A DNA stretch of 64,000 bases, taken from positions 66,453 to 130,452 of the forward strand of contig MCFE01000204.1 in the NCBI GenBank assembly GCA_002104905.1, given 5' to 3'. Below are positions 40,785 through 55,145 of the stretch, piece by piece; the stretch's first letter is position 1, and the number at the start of each line of letters is the position of its first letter. The position numbers and the translations under genes were made by a program. Under the pieces are notes generated by a model. It was not told the origin of the DNA and did not search any database. It worked only from the letters and a program-made list of their open reading frames with translations. The DNA comes from Basidiobolus meristosporus CBS 931.73 (taxonomy: Eukaryota > Fungi > Basidiobolomycota).

Positions 40785-42550
40785 GTGGAAATGCGCTAAG
40801 CCTAGGCTGACTCAGATACAGAAAAAATAATCAAGATGTAAGATCAACAACACCGCGCAATCTGTGTTAAAGAGCTATTGCCACTACTAAAACAGCAGTT
40901 ATCTTAAAATTAAGAACCCATTCATCCAGGGTATTTATATATGCGTCTGGGTTTGATTGGCAGGCCAGAAGGAACACCTAAGAGGAGATGGATTCGACGA
41001 GGATGCAGGCAATGGGCAACCAGCCCACTGCCGAATGCAGTGAGAAACTGTAATATAAACCCGTTTTGTATATGAAATTGTGAAGCTCACAATGGAACAA
41101 ATTTAGAACAACACAACTCCTGCTTTTTGTTTGTAGCTTATGATTCCTGAATATGAATACCACTACTCCTAATACCTCTGGATCATCTAAAACGCCTTGA
41201 TTTCGATTCAAGGGTCTCTGCAAAGAAAATGATTTGGTGCTTATCAGAGACACCAGTAGACTACATATGCCCATATCCTCAAGAATTGAAGTCGTTTAAG
41301 GGGCAGCGCAACGGAGCAGCATTCATTGGGCTAAATCAACTCCATTTTATGACGCGCATCTTGCCCTTTCTGTCTGAAACCACCATCCTGGCCTCCATCT
41401 CGCCTTCATGCCCTGATTGATGGCCACACGACAATCGAGTGCGGATCTTGTTACGAGCAAAACAGACCATTCACATCGCATCTGTGATTCTACCTGGCAC
41501 ATGCACCCTAGTGAGGATTGGGAATGACAAGCCAGCAGTCCTAACTCAGGCACAAATCACCATGCGCGCTAGTCTTACTGGCAGACCGCTGCAGTTTCGG
41601 ATTCCCCGAAAGCTTCCTGCAACCACGCTAACAGACCAGTAGACAGCTACCTCACCTTGGTAGGCAGATCGATCGTCCAGAGGGGGAGGGAAACCCTCTA
41701 CTGGGGCACGCCACCGGTGTCCTGAAGCTCCGCTACACTCGACCACTGGGTGGCACAGTATAGAGCCCAAAGCTTACTCAGGATCTACATCTATCCCAAT
41801 GGCCTCCTTGTGTCGGCAGCACCCGACCAAGAATAAGGTCCGGAAATACGTCTCCATATACGGCTCCTATTCAGTGGAATCTAATGCAAGTAACAGTGCT
41901 CAGCATTCAGCAGCGGGCGTCTTCAGTTAATTGCGAATTAACGGAAATCGCTCAGAAGCCGAAACAAATACACAAATAATACCGCACTTGGCAGAATCTT
42001 AGTATAAGTCAGCTAGTGTATCTTGAAACCGCCGATAATGTGGGTGACTTAGTCCCATCCTCGAATGGCTAAAATGCTCAACCGAATGATCACGCATCAA
42101 TGGTGCAAAATCCGGTGAATGTTGGGGCGTCCATCAAGTTCACAACAGGTGCGATTCGGCTGGAAAATCGAACGTCTATACAACGGTCATGCAGCAGCCA
42201 TTGCACTCGAAATACCGGAAAATATTTGCTGGCATCTTGGTTAAATGACATCAAATGAGGTAAATGATGCCTGGGGTGCCTAACGTTGGCTACGAATGTT
42301 ACTGGACCTGGGTTTAATTGGCGCATCTAGCAATTCCGTTTGTCATGAAATGAATTTGTGCCCCATTGGATGATACATTTGAGGTATTCATGCTCCCTAC
42401 ATCCCTTACTCAAGATAAGACTCCAAATGTAACTATGACTGTTTCTGATTTTTGGCTTGGCCAATACACTTACAACTGGACATATCCTTAACTCTACCAG
42501 ACTACACGCTTTTTAAAGCCTAGAGACTACATCAACCAACAAATCTCCTC

Positions 42551-45466
42551 ATGCTGACAACGAGATTGCTGTCAAAGCTTGGGATCTTGATCCTTTTGAC
42601 TAAATGCTTTGGTCAACAAGTAGACTCAAAGCCAAAAACGGGTAAATTTGCGGCATTGCAAGCATATTACCACACTAGGAACCAAAGCTAACTTACAAAC
42701 AAGCGGCTGATTATCGAGTTACGGCGCTACCAGGGCTTTCCGCCGACTACACTTTCGATCAATACGCGGGGTATACTGTCGTTTCAACTTTTTTGCCATA
42801 ATACGGTTCCCCACCTTCCCTCCCAGACTACTAATGTTGGAATTAGACATATCGGTATCAACGAGACTGTCGATGGTCATCTGTTTTTCTGGCTATTCAA
42901 AAGCCAGATCCCCGATTCTAGAAAGCTGGTAACTACAAAGAGTTTCATTCTCTCGGTGGCTCTACTAACGGAAGTATTCCATTGCAGATAATTTGGTTCA
43001 ATGGAGGTAACGTACTGACCACTTCCACTGACCACCTAAGACTGTATTAACATAGGATGCGTCATGTAGGCCCAGGATGGTAAGACTTTCGTACCCATCT
43101 TCGATATGGCTCGCACCTTGCTAAGTTTATTTTACGAACTTTCCATCCACCACTTAGCTCAAGGTAATACACCTGTTTTCTATTGCTCCATTGTGTTTGC
43201 TAAGGGATTCTTTTATAGCCTAGACGGAATATTCCTAGAAAACGGACCTTTCAAGCCTCTAGAAAATGGAACATTGAAAGTGGAAGAAAACAGCTGGCAT
43301 AAGCATGCCAATATGCTGTTTCGTAAGAGTGTTCTTACAAGTTAGCCTTGGAATTGTGTTGTTTAACCTGACCTGACACTTAGTGGACCAGCCTATTGGC
43401 ACCGGATACAGCTATGGAGACGATGCCGGGTATGCCAAGAATATGGAGCAAGTATGTACTATTTGTCGAAGTGCAGCTTGATTGGCAATAGACGGATTAA
43501 CCTTCTATCCTTAGGTAACCAATGGATTTGTCGTGTTTTTAAGTAGATTCTTCGAAGTTTTCCCTGAGCTTCAGATCAACGAGGTTCCTATAACATGAAC
43601 ACTTAGCGAGGAGCGTAATCATTCATAATCCAATTATAGATCTATCTGGCTGGGGAAAGCTTTGCTGGGGTTTACATACCTTACTTGGCCAAAGGGATTC
43701 TGGATTACAACGACAAAGCAAAAAATAGAATCAAGGTAACTTCCCCAATGGTCTCTATAGCTGCCAAATACATGCTCTAAGTCCACTACGACATTTTCAG
43801 CACAACCTGAAGGGGTTGGTGATCGGAAATGGCTGGATCGACCCCAGAACCCAGGTAGGTTATTCACATAGCAATCAATTGAACTATCATTTTCTCAACA
43901 ACAATTACACTGCAGTACAACTCTCTGGTAGAGTATGGCTACGATCATGGATTAATCGAGGAAAGCCAGAAGGTATCTCATGATGAAGGGTGTGAAGAGG
44001 CTCTAGAAGTGCTTACATGAACATGCTGTGTATAGGGACGTATAGAGAGCCTCACCGCCAGCTGCAACACTCTGTTTGAAACACACGGCGATCGTATTCG
44101 ATTTGAGGCGTGTGAGAGTATAATGGAAACCATACTGACAAACTCGTTTGTATCCATCGAATGCGCGCTCCCCTGCTCCCGATCGAAACTGAACAGCATT
44201 CCATCTTAGAATCCACGACGGAAAATGCATGAATCAATTCGACATCCGACTCCAAGACTCTTATCCAGCTTGTGGGATGAACTGGCCCAATCATTTGTCT
44301 GAAATGTACAGCTATCTACAGGTCGGTGGGGCAGTTGACGAATCTAGGGATGATCGGCTAACCTAGCACCTTCAGAACGACGAGGTGGTCAAAGCGCTTC
44401 ACGCTGAAGCAAAGCAGACCGCTTGGAAGGAATGCAGTAATATAGTGAACGCCAACCTGGGCGATGACGCCAGCCCACCTCCTAAAGATGTAAGACTCAT
44501 TTACGTATTATATACATACATATATATGTCCGTGTTGTGTGTTGATTGCAAGTCGTCCTTTACCAGCTATTCCCAACGATCCTCAAGCGTGTTCCGATCT
44601 TGCTGTTCTAGTGAGTCACATGATCTAACCTCTTTTCGGGTAGCTTGCTGACAACCTTCCCATTTTTCATTTGTAGCGGTGATCAGGACCTTGTGTGCAA
44701 TATTATTGGGATCGAAAAGGCGCTGCAAAAAATTGAGTGGAATGGAGAAAAGGGATTTGGGGTAAGCACGCATGTCTGTTGCGTAGGCAATTGCTCTGGT
44801 TGATGCTCACTATTGTTGTGAATCTAGAATATTATGGCAGAATCCTGGCTAGTCAATGACAAGCTTGTAGGCATTCACTCATCCGCACGAAATCTAACTT
44901 ACATAAGAGTTTTCAACGCGAGCCATATGGTTCCTGTGGATAAAAGAGAGGAATCGTACGCTATGATGAATTGGTTTATGGGAATCGAGGATCCATTATT
45001 CAAAGTGAGCATCGGTGATAGCAAGATCCCCATAGCAGACAACGCTGGGCTCGATGAGGTAAAAGGCATTCAAGTTCGATACGCACTGTGTTGTTATGCT
45101 TACTCCTCTTCACAGAAAACTGCAGTTAAGGACGGCAAATTGTCAGAGCCAAACAACGCTACTGATAGGTAAGGATATAGGTGCATTCTATGAATTGAAG
45201 ATAATATACACATGTTGATCATCCTCGCATTCATCAGTGTTGCACTCGGGCTGATCATTGGCATGATTTCTATGGCCGCGTTTGTTGGGGTTTTCTTGGG
45301 ATGGTACATCAAGCGACGTCGGTATACCATCTTGGCTCCTCACAGTGGACAAGACTCAGAACTGTAAGAGATGCACTTCAATGTACCTCATGAGAACATA
45401 CTGACATGTGGGACCGATTTTTGTAGCACTGACTTTATTATCGACGATGAGGAGCTCTCTGATTAG
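42551..45466 (+). CDS. KEX1: Pheromone-processing serine carboxypeptidase (S10, Kex1-like), many short exons
   Basis: Signal peptide [27 protein letters not shown]|[40 protein letters not shown] and [10 protein letters not shown], then a C-terminal TM helix and acidic tail [13 protein letters not shown]. Confidence 0.87.
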
Positions 45467-47443
45467 TCAGCATTAGAAGATTTCCATGCCTACCTTCATC
45501 ACCGTTGATACGCGAACTCTTACCCGCTCTGTGGATATCCACTGCTGATCCATCTTCACTCGTCTTTATCTGATGCCGGAAAACATTAGAACATATAAAA
45601 TATTTATTTATAAGGGATGTATGAATAACAATGACCAGAATATGCCGATTTGTAATGTGATTAAAAGACACCCTACTTCATTGGATTTGTCAGTGGTCCA
45701 ATATATAGCCAATGTAGTAGAATCCGTGAACGCTACAGTTAATGGAAAGGAGATTTGGGACCTTGGCTGTTCTGCTTCAAACGTTCAGACAAACTATGCA
45801 TCTTGCTACTCAATATATTCGGTACGGTTCGTGCTCGACTATTCACAGAACTTTCCGCCATGTGGATTTCTGATCTGCAGCTATATCCCAAGCATGCGTC
45901 AAACTGGCCCCCTTGGATGGTGCTACCTGGTGGAAAACTTCATTGCTCATGATGTTTTTGCTCTGGTCAGCAAGTTCAAAGAGAGTACCAATATATGAGC
46001 CAAATCTTGCTCTATATCACATATGGACATCGTGAAGTAGTTGCAAGGAATTAGTGTTGCACTACTTGATCATAGTCAATTTGTCTGAGGCTGGTCGAGG
46101 CAAATATCAATTTCATTTTCGCATAGTTTCAAAGTCTATATACCTTATCTCTACGCGATACTAATTCATATATGCATTTCATACCTCCTTAACCATATGC
46201 TACTAATTGCTCAGAAACAAATCCTACTCCGTAGCTAATTTGCATGTCGATAGTGCTGTGCTTCAGCAATTAGTATGTAGAGAGCTACTCCTAAAAAGAG
46301 TTGTAGAATCGTTGGTTTCCAAACTCCCTCGATATGTGCTCTCTTTGGAATCAAGCCATGTATAGAAAGAGAGGGAGTCCAGAGAGCAGAATGGAGGGGA
46401 GTATTGGTGGAGTACTAGATAACTCGCATGATATTCAAGAGTGATTCATTGAGTTCTAATTGAGTATTTATACTTGAAGGAAATCTTGGTAAAGCTATAG
46501 TGACATGCAACACTGGGGCCATCTAGCCAAGCTCAAAGAATTTGACAATATTCAGGACTTCACTGTTCCAGTGAATTATTCTTTGTCCTACATAATTGAT
46601 CTACAGGAAATGCTTCATAGCTTGACAAACAGTCAAATAGAAGCTTGGGATATACAACCATCTCAGGCATTGGATTACATAACTTCTGCATGGTTCCGGT
46701 AATTGGATTCTGAGCTAAGATTGCATTGAGGCTAAGAATATGCAAGAATACTGTAGCCTGGTGACTCTAGTAAGATCCTAGGGAATACTGGAAACAATTT
46801 GGAGAGCTGGAAGAAATGCAAGATATTCACTAGTTACCCTATTGGGCTCAAGTAAAGCACTTATACCATCAAGCTAACTTTGTCACACTATTGATAAAAA
46901 TACTCTAAGAAATATTCCAGAAAGCTTTGTTCAAAGTTCGAATGCTTTTGGGAAAGCTTGAAAATGTCAATAGCTTCCAGGCCTTTACTTGTACTAAGAA
47001 CTTGCAAATAACTTACAGGCCAAATACCTGAAACAGTGACTTGACATTGTGTTTTCATGGAGGATATACTCCAAAAGATCTTTCGTAATGATAAACTGCA
47101 CAAGTTTGCATGCAGAAATATTACCCCATTTGAACTATCAGCAGCTTATTAGCTTAGTCAGACATTTCAGTGGGGCACTATGCAAATAATATATACAAAT
47201 CAGCAGATGTTCTACTTTGACTAAGCTTACAAATTATCAATAATATAGATTAGAAGCATTGTCTTGTTGTAAAAGCTCTGGAGAAACTGAAACTTACACT
47301 GCAGCTAAGCATAGTGTTACATCCAATGCTTGTAGCTAGATTATATTATCCAGCTTAGTTACTCTCTCAGAGAACATGTTAGTTTCATATTTAATACAAA
47401 TATTCTACAGAGTCAAGTATTTATTTGCACCCCAAGCACATTA

Positions 47444-47785
47444 TCTTATAAGAGTCTCAGAGCTGTTGGAAATGACAACAAGAAGTGGATATATGGATTT
47501 CACTCATTGATTTATTGATTGTAAGAGTAGTATTTATACTTTTACATGGTTTGTCAGAACAAATACACAGCAAATGTTAATAAAGATTTCAACAATATGT
47601 GTGTGAAGCTTCAGGCTACTTGGACAACTTTGAGAGATTACATGTACTGAGTACCAGAAGTAATGATGAAATATCACAAGTCAATCCCAATAAGGTATCT
47701 GTGAAGAATTCTCTAAGATTTGTAGATTATGATTTTGGCAATTAAGTTTGGTGAATATTTAGGTGTAAATACAGAATTTACAACA
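47444..47785 (-). repeat. Degenerate copia LTR (3' LTR, preceded by a PPT-like TTGAGCAGGAA)
   Basis: Matches the ~350-bp LTR consensus (TGTTGTAAA...AATATTCACC...). It lies just downstream of the RNase H remnant, with a purine tract at 47796-47786. Confidence 0.7.
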
Positions 47786-48807
47786 TTCCTGCTCAACTAA
47801 ACATTCATATTAACTAGTCCTAACTGTTATCTGAGATATTCAAGCTTGTCACTAGCCAATAGCTTGATGAACATATCTGCAATCATTTCATCTGTAGGAG
47901 AGTACACTAAGTTGACCAAGTAATTCACAATAGCTTTTCATATGAAATAATACATAATATATATGCTCATGGCTCTGGTACCCAAATTTGGATTTCTATC
48001 AAATTCCCAAAGAAAATCTCAATGTTGGAGTTAAATAGATTTTTACCTATCATTCAGCTAGTGCAGCTGCAATATCTGTTGAAAGTAATGTGCAGGTGCT
48101 CACTAAACTTGGTACAAGTTCCAGCTGACTGCTTGGCTGCTATAGAGCTTGTACCTGAGCTGATGAAAGTTGGCACTTTTGGGAAAATTGAGATTCAGTT
48201 AATATTCTGAAGGTGTTCTGCTGACATTTTCTTGATTTTTCTCTTAGGGAGTTATATATATCCTTGATTAGCTTAAAATAATGCAGTAGGAGGTTTTTGA
48301 CATAGGCTTAGATTTTTAGAGAGCTTTCTTAGCCACATAGCTACTTTTGTAGCCTCACAGGCTACCATATGTTGCAAGAGTTTTGGAAGTATTAGCATTA
48401 ACTGGGAGAACATCAATTATATGGTTTACCTAATGATTCATTGAGCATATAAGAGGTATTTAAATATTTACGCAGTCTTGGTAGGGCAGCACATAGCAAA
48501 TGTCCAAGAAGGTCCCCAGAGCATTTGTGCAAAGTTTGCGGCTGTCAGGACAACTTTGCAAAATTTCATATTCTTATAGTCCAGTTCTCTTGCTTAAGAG
48601 TATCTTTTAGCTACAAGTCTTGCTTTGTACCTTGCAATTATACAATTGACCTTGTATCTTGTCCTGAAGATACATTTGCATGCATTTGAATTTTGGCTGA
48701 TTGGTAACTTATCATGTTCCAAGCTAGATTTTCCATCAGAGCCTGATTCTCCTCAGTCATTGCAGATCACCAAAGCTTTGTCTAAGGGCTGTTCTGGACC
48801 TCTTTCA

Positions 48808-49152
48808 TGTTGTGAAAATTTGTAATTCCACCTAAATATTCACCTAACTAAGTGACTAAGATAATTACCCATAAATCTTAGATAATACTGACTAAATTCT
48901 TTGTTAGGACTTGGAATATTTTCACCAAAACATCAGATACCCAGAACATGATAATTCTTAAAGTTATCCAAACAACCCCAAGCTTTGCATGCATGCTCTT
49001 GGGACCTTTTTAAACAAATTCTATGTGTTTGTTATGTCAAGATCATGTAAAGTTATTGATACTACTTTCACATTCAATCAATCATTAGGTGAGTACCACA
49101 TAATCCACTTGTTGTCTCAATCACTTCCAATATCTCCAAGACTCTTACAAAA
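48808..49152 (+). repeat. Solo copia LTR
   Basis: TGTTGTGAAAATTTGTAATTCCACCTAAATATTCACC...CCAAGACTCTTACAAAA, same family as 59973-60320. TSD not clearly preserved. Confidence 0.85.
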
Positions 49153-50822
49153 CTGCAATGTCTGGTGCTCAGCAATATGTGCTCAGTAGATATAGGCTAA
49201 GCTTGGGCCCTCATTGATATGTAAATGTGGACTAATTCTTATTGAATTCATCTTTGGCCTTGTATTATTGGATTGATCACTTCTGGGATATTCCTGGGCA
49301 CTGAATTAGGCTGAACCACATTTGTAGAGTCTTCTGCAGTAAGAAAATTAGCATTGTTTTGCTCTGATTTAATCCTGACTATTGGCAGACTGAATATTGG
49401 ATTTTTGTAATCATCTGATGTCATTTTTTGTGCATATTCTGAAATTTCATCAAACAACAAATGCTTAGGCTTGTTTGCTTCAGTTTTATAGAGTCTGTAT
49501 ACCTTACTCTCATTGCAATGGCCCAAAAATATGCATTTCCACTTTTTGGCTCTAGTTTTGACTGACTTCCAGAGTTTCTTAGCATTGCTCCAATTCAGCA
49601 ATGAATATTGGTGGACTTGATATTAGGATTCATCATTAGGAAGTAAATATTTTTGTGAGAATTTTGTGCTCTGTGCAAACAGCACATTGCTGGACTTGAT
49701 CAGCTTTATTGCTTTGATATTGTAGAATCTGTATACCTGACTTTCACTGCAATAGCCCCAAAATAAACCTTTTGCACTTTAGGATACATATTTTAGCTGA
49801 TATCCAAGCAGTTTTTTATCACATGTGGTGCAACCATATATCCTTGAATACTCAACACTTGGCTATATCTATAACAATCCTCAAATGGGGGAAAATAACA
49901 AGGTATTCTGTTACAACTCCTATTTCTACACATTTTCAGCTGTAGAAACTAATTCTGCCAAAAAATACTAGAATGATGCTTGATCATGGATGATAGATCT
50001 TGCCAACTCAGTTACTGATCAGTTTGCACATTCTGACACCTCATTTTGCTGTGGAAAGTATGGTGCAGTGGTGGCCAGCTTTATCCCATGAATTCTGCAG
50101 AAGTGGATGTTGAGTTTGTGGCTATATTCTCTACCATTCCCTATGAGTAGCAAATGTGGTGTTCCCAGCAAAAGTGCATAACAACTTTTAAATCCAGTAA
50201 CTAAGGGGTATTGATACCACCAGGTCAACATGCAAAAACTAACCAAAAAAACTGCACCTTTGATCTCTCAAAAAACCTGGTCCAAATTTCTCATCACAGT
50301 AATTGCTAAGTGACCAATGATTGGTTCTCTGCTAGTCCTCTAACTTTCTGATCCTGGGCACTTGATCATCACCTACATTTGTGCACAATGATTGGCTATC
50401 ACCTCCCTTTCATACTCCTTACTTTCTGACTTAATCAGTACTCTTACCTTTGATGCATACATGTCAATATATCTCCATTGAATCTTCATTTCTAGCTCAA
50501 TTGCCAATTGTGCAGACCTTTACAAGCCCCTATGCCCAAAACATACATAAGCCTAACCTCATAGTCTATATGAAACTTCATAGAAATTTGCCATTCAATA
50601 AGCGTCTCTGATTTAACACCCTTTGCCCATGACTTTGCCTTATGAAAGATAACTTGGTCCTACAGGTGGTTCTAATCCAAACCAATCACTGGATCCTGCA
50701 ATGAGGCCATTATAATGCCAGTGGCTTGGAGTTATTGACCCTCTTGGCAATCTTATGGTAGGATTGTGTTAGTGACTTACTGTTTTTACTGCTATATAAA
50801 GTAATAAACTTGATAGTGTATC

Positions 50823-52000
50823 TGTTGTCAAAATTTGTAGCTCCACCTAAATATTCACCTAACTAAGTGACCAAGATCTTTATCCATAAGTTCTAGAGAA
50901 TACTGACCAAGTCCCTTGTCAGGATTTACTAGGAATACTTTCATCAAACTATCAGGTACCCATAACATGAAAATTCTCATAGTTGTCCAAACTGCCCCAA
51001 ACTTTGCGCACATGCTCTTGGGACCTTTATAAAAGTATCCTATGCATTTGCTGTGCCAAGACCATGTAAAGTATAAATAGTACTTTATATTGAATAAATC
51101 ATCAAGAAAAAACCACATAATCTACTTGTTCTCTCAAACATTTCCAATATATCCTAGACTAATATGGCAGGTTTTAAGCCCCAAGCTCTCACTCCTATAA
51201 TGTCTACTACTGTTTAAACTGGAATCTTGCTATCTGCTAACAAGTTGACTGTAGCTAAACAAAAAGTCTGGAAGGTGAAGATAAAGATGCTGCTACAGGA
51301 AAGAGGCCATCACAATATTGCTATACAACAAGAATGCCCTCCTACAAAAGTAGGTAAGGAAGCCTTAAAGCACCAAAGAACAATGAATCTTTGACTGCAT
51401 TTGCCTTGATGATAAAGACAACTTGCTAATTCAATGCCCTAGAGCAAAATCAGCAAATAATACCTGGAAGTATTAAAGGCATCTACTAGTCATGTTCAGC
51501 TGCTAAGAAGATGAACAATAAACATAAACTCTTTACTACAAAATGCTACCAGGGGAATAATTGAAAAATCTAATTAACAGAATCACCCTATTAATTGATG
51601 ATATAGAATCAGTGGTTATATCAGCTATTGTTAAAGATGTGATAGTTACCTTCCTGAATAGCCTGACCAACAAGTCTCTGTGACTTGTATTAGTCCCAGA
51701 GTCCAGAACTGAAGATTTGACCTTATATTACATATGTGGAAGGCTCCTAGACAACAAATGAAGAAGCTATAGCATTAATGAGAAGGAAGAAGAAAATGCT
51801 TTAATGAGTAATGATAACCAGCAAAGAAGGTACTTAAGACCTTTTGAATACAACAGCAACTTGATTTGCAGCTACTGCAAAAGGAAAGGACACACATTAG
51901 ACCAGTTCCTCCAAAAGAGAGGTAATCAGTAGAAACAGCCTGAATATGGAAATGCTGCAACAGCTGAAGATACACTGTTAACCATAAGATAATTTTTGAT
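50823..52000 (+). mobile_element. Copia 5' LTR + decayed PBS + gag fragment
   Basis: LTR starts TGTTGTCAAAATTTG and is followed by GGTTTTAAGCCCC (~51170). The gag start WKVKIKMLLQERG is homologous to 60350-60660. Confidence 0.8.
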
Positions 52001-53798
52001 AATTGACTATAGATCTTGCCATATCAATAATTGATATATTTGCATGCTCAGACACTCCATTTGTTGTGGGGAATATGGTATAGTAGCCTCTTGGTTTATC
52101 CCATGAGCTTGAAGTAGTGGATAAAGGATATATACTTCAACCATTGTCAGAGTGCATATTCTTAACTTTTTCACCAGTTTCTCTCTCCACTATAGCTCTG
52201 AGCTCCCTGAACATAGACATAGCTTCATCCTTTCTTTCCATGTAGTACACCCAAATGTGTCTTGTATAAACAGCAATAATGGTATTAAAATACTTCCTCC
52301 TCCCTAAATATTTATTTTGCATTGGTCCACACAGATATGAGTGAATTAGATCTAATTTATAGCCTAGAGCTACTGGACAGGTGTCTGGCTTATATCCCAT
52401 GTGTGCAGGCTTTACAGTACTTCAAATATGCTAGGGGATCAATTTTTACTCTGGAAATTAGCTGATCTCTGATTGTCTTGTTCAAGTAAGCAAAATTATT
52501 ATGTCCAAATCTCCTGTGGCAAGGCATTGGTGTCTCCTCATTTAAGCTACATATACTGGCTTCCAAATATGATGGAATATAAGTCAGCTTGCATAGATTC
52601 TGATCTCTGGCACACAATGCAAAATGAGCACCACTTTGATCAGTGACCCTGCATCCAGAATTATCAGAACTGAAACCAAGTCCTTCCGCTGTGGTCTTGC
52701 TTGCAGATAGTAGGTTCTTGGCTATTTCTGATACAAAGGGTACTTCCTTGAAAGTCAGTGTGTAACTTCCTTGACTATATCTGAGGTTACCTTGAATAGT
52801 TCCCTTTCCAACTGCATGAAGTGCTTTATTGTAACCCATGAAAGCTTACTGTGGCATTTAAAGGGTCTTGAATACCTTCTGTGTTAGTTATCATTGCTTA
52901 CTAGAGCATTTTATTCTTCTGTCTTATTGGCACTTGCTTTTCTTGGTACTTTACCCAGGAGCCTTGTGTATACATAGCTCAAGGTCAAGTATTCAGTTCT
53001 GGACTCTATGGCAGATGCAAGGCCCTGAAGCTTGTCAGCTTGGCTATTCATGATTGGGATAATCACATCTTTTTCAGTGGCTGGTACACCAACTGATTCC
53101 ATCTCATCAACCAATTGGGTAACTCTACTAATTAAATTTCTCATAGTTTCTCATGTCAGCATCTTAGTAGTAAAGAACACCTGTCTAAGAAACATATTCA
53201 TAGCAGCTGCACATGACTGTCAGGTGTCTTCTAATGCCTTCCAGGCATTTCTATCATCTTTGCTCTTGAGCACTGAATTAGGAATTTGTCTTTGAAAATG
53301 AGGCCAATACAGTAAGAAGTGCTTTGTTCTCCATGCTGGTACTTTTGGTCTATTTCTCCTATGGTTTAAGAAGGGCATTCTTCTCCCAAAACAATGTCCC
53401 AAGGGCCTCTTTTCTGTAGCAACATCTTCATCTTCACCTTTCAGACTTGGTAGTTTAGTCTGTCTAACTTTTCAACAGAAAGTAAATTCCAGTAATAACA
53501 GTAGTAAATATCATAGAGAGTGACAGCATGGGGCTCATAACCTGTTGTAAGAGTCTTGGAGATATATGATGTCATTGGGAGGGCAAGGGATTATGTGGTT
53601 ATTACTTAATGATTCATTGGATGTAATAGTATTATTGATACTGCTACATAATCTTGGCAAAGCTAACATATAGAGTATGTTTGTGAAGGTCCCAAGAGCA
53701 TGTGTGCAAAGTTTGGGGTTGCTTGAGCAGCTTTGAGAGATTTCATGCTCTTGGTACCTGATATTTTGGTGATATAATTCCAAGTACACCCCAATAAG

Positions 53799-54500
53799 TG
53801 TTGTAAGAGTCTTGGAGATATTGGAAGTGACTGGGAGAACAAGTAGATTATGTGGTTTTCATTCATTAATTTATTGAATGTAAAGTAGTATTTATACTTT
53901 TACATGGTCCTGGCTTAACAAACATGTAGAATGTTGTAGAAATTTGTAATTCCACCTAAATATTCACCTAACTTAGTCACTTAGATCATTACCTTCAAAT
54001 CCTAGAGAATACTGACCAAATTCCTTATCAGGATTTGCTTAGAATATTTTCACCAAAATACCTGGTACCCAGAACATGAGAATTCTCAAAGCTGTCCAAA
54101 CAGCCCCAAACTTTGTACACATGCTCTTGGGACCTTCCTTAATCTATTTTACATGTTTATAATGCCAAGACCAGGTAAATGTATAAATACTACTTTTACA
54201 TTCAATAAATCGCTAAGTGAAAACCACATAATCTACTTGTTCTCCCAATCACTTCCAATATCTCCAGGACTCTTACAACATAGAATAGGTCAAAAAAGGT
54301 CCCAAGAACATGAGTGCAAAGTTTGGGGCTGTTTGGACAGCTATGAGAATTTTCATGTTCTGGGTACTTGGTATTTTGGTGAAAATATTCTAAGCAAATC
54401 CTGACAAGGGGTTTAGTCAGCATTCCCTGTGATTAGAAGGTAATGATCTAAGTGACTAAGTTAGGTGAATATTTAGGTGGAATTACAAACTTTTACAACA
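53799..54500 (-). repeat. Solo LTR inserted in the previous LTR (TSD ATAAG), itself split by another LTR
   Basis: ATAAG at 53794-53798 and 54501-54505. Confidence 0.9.
53932..54280 (+). repeat. Innermost solo LTR (TSD TAGAA)
   Basis: TGTTGTAG...TTACAACA flanked by TAGAA at 53927-53931 and 54281-54285. Confidence 0.92.
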
Positions 54501-54597
54501 ATAAGTACTTTGACCAGAATTCTTTAGATTTGTAGACTACAATCTAGGTGACTAAATTAAGTAACTATTTAGGTGTAATTACAAAATATACAACAAG

Positions 54598-55145
54598 TGT
54601 TGTAAGAGTCTTGGATATATTGGAATTGATTGGGAGAAAAAGTAGACTATATGGTTTTCACTTAATGATCTATTGAATATAAAATTACTATTTATACTCT
54701 TGCATGATTGTGGCATAACAAACACATAGAAAAGGTTTAGGAAGATCCCAAGAACATGTGTGCCAAGCTGAGGGCTGTTTGGACAATTTATATAATTTTC
54801 ATGCTTGGGGTACCAGATATTGGGTGAAAATATTCCAAGTAAATCCCAACAAGGAATTTGGTCAGTATTTTCCAAAATTTGTAGGTCATGATCTAAGTGA
54901 CTAAGTTAGGTGAATATTTAGGTAGAATTACAAACTTTTACAACAAGAACATGTGTGCAAAGTTGTGGGTTCTTTGGGCAACATTGAGATTTCTCATGCA
55001 CTGGGTAGCTAATATTATGGTGAAATATTACAAGTAAATCCCAACATGGAATCTAGGCCAAATTATCTACAATCTGTGGACTATGATATAAGTTACTTAG
55101 CTCAAGTGAATATTTAGATGTAAATACAAAATTTACAATTCAACA
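54598..55145 (-). repeat. Complete LTR (54598-54945) plus adjacent partial LTR (54946-55145)
   Basis: Same family sequence and TGTTG/CAACA termini. Confidence 0.82.

Larger units (their letters stand above)
53543..54595 (-). repeat. 5' LTR of the minus-strand copia, split by two nested LTRs; PBS at 53542-53531
   Basis: The halves 53543-53798 and 54506-54595 rejoin to one LTR after removing the inserted LTR. It is followed on the minus strand by GGTTATGAGCCC. Confidence 0.85.
46800..55145. mobile_element. Cluster of nested, degenerate Ty1/copia LTR retrotransposons
   Basis: Minus strand: gag (53144-52911), GAG-pre-integrase CHRRFGH, integrase LDLIHSYLCGPM...SDNG (52400-52137), a second integrase piece PQQNEVSECAN (~50030), KCIFLGH..SKVYRLY (49600-49450) and RNase H YSPTDEMIADMFIK (~47880). 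Plus strand: gag with a zinc-knuckle remnant CSYCKRKGH (~51870). All are riddled with stops. Confidence 0.88.

Noticed and set aside
50280-50800. Possible gypsy integrase zinc-finger remnant (FGHRGL) inside the copia cluster
   Set aside because: A single short motif in heavily mutated sequence; not supportable without a search.
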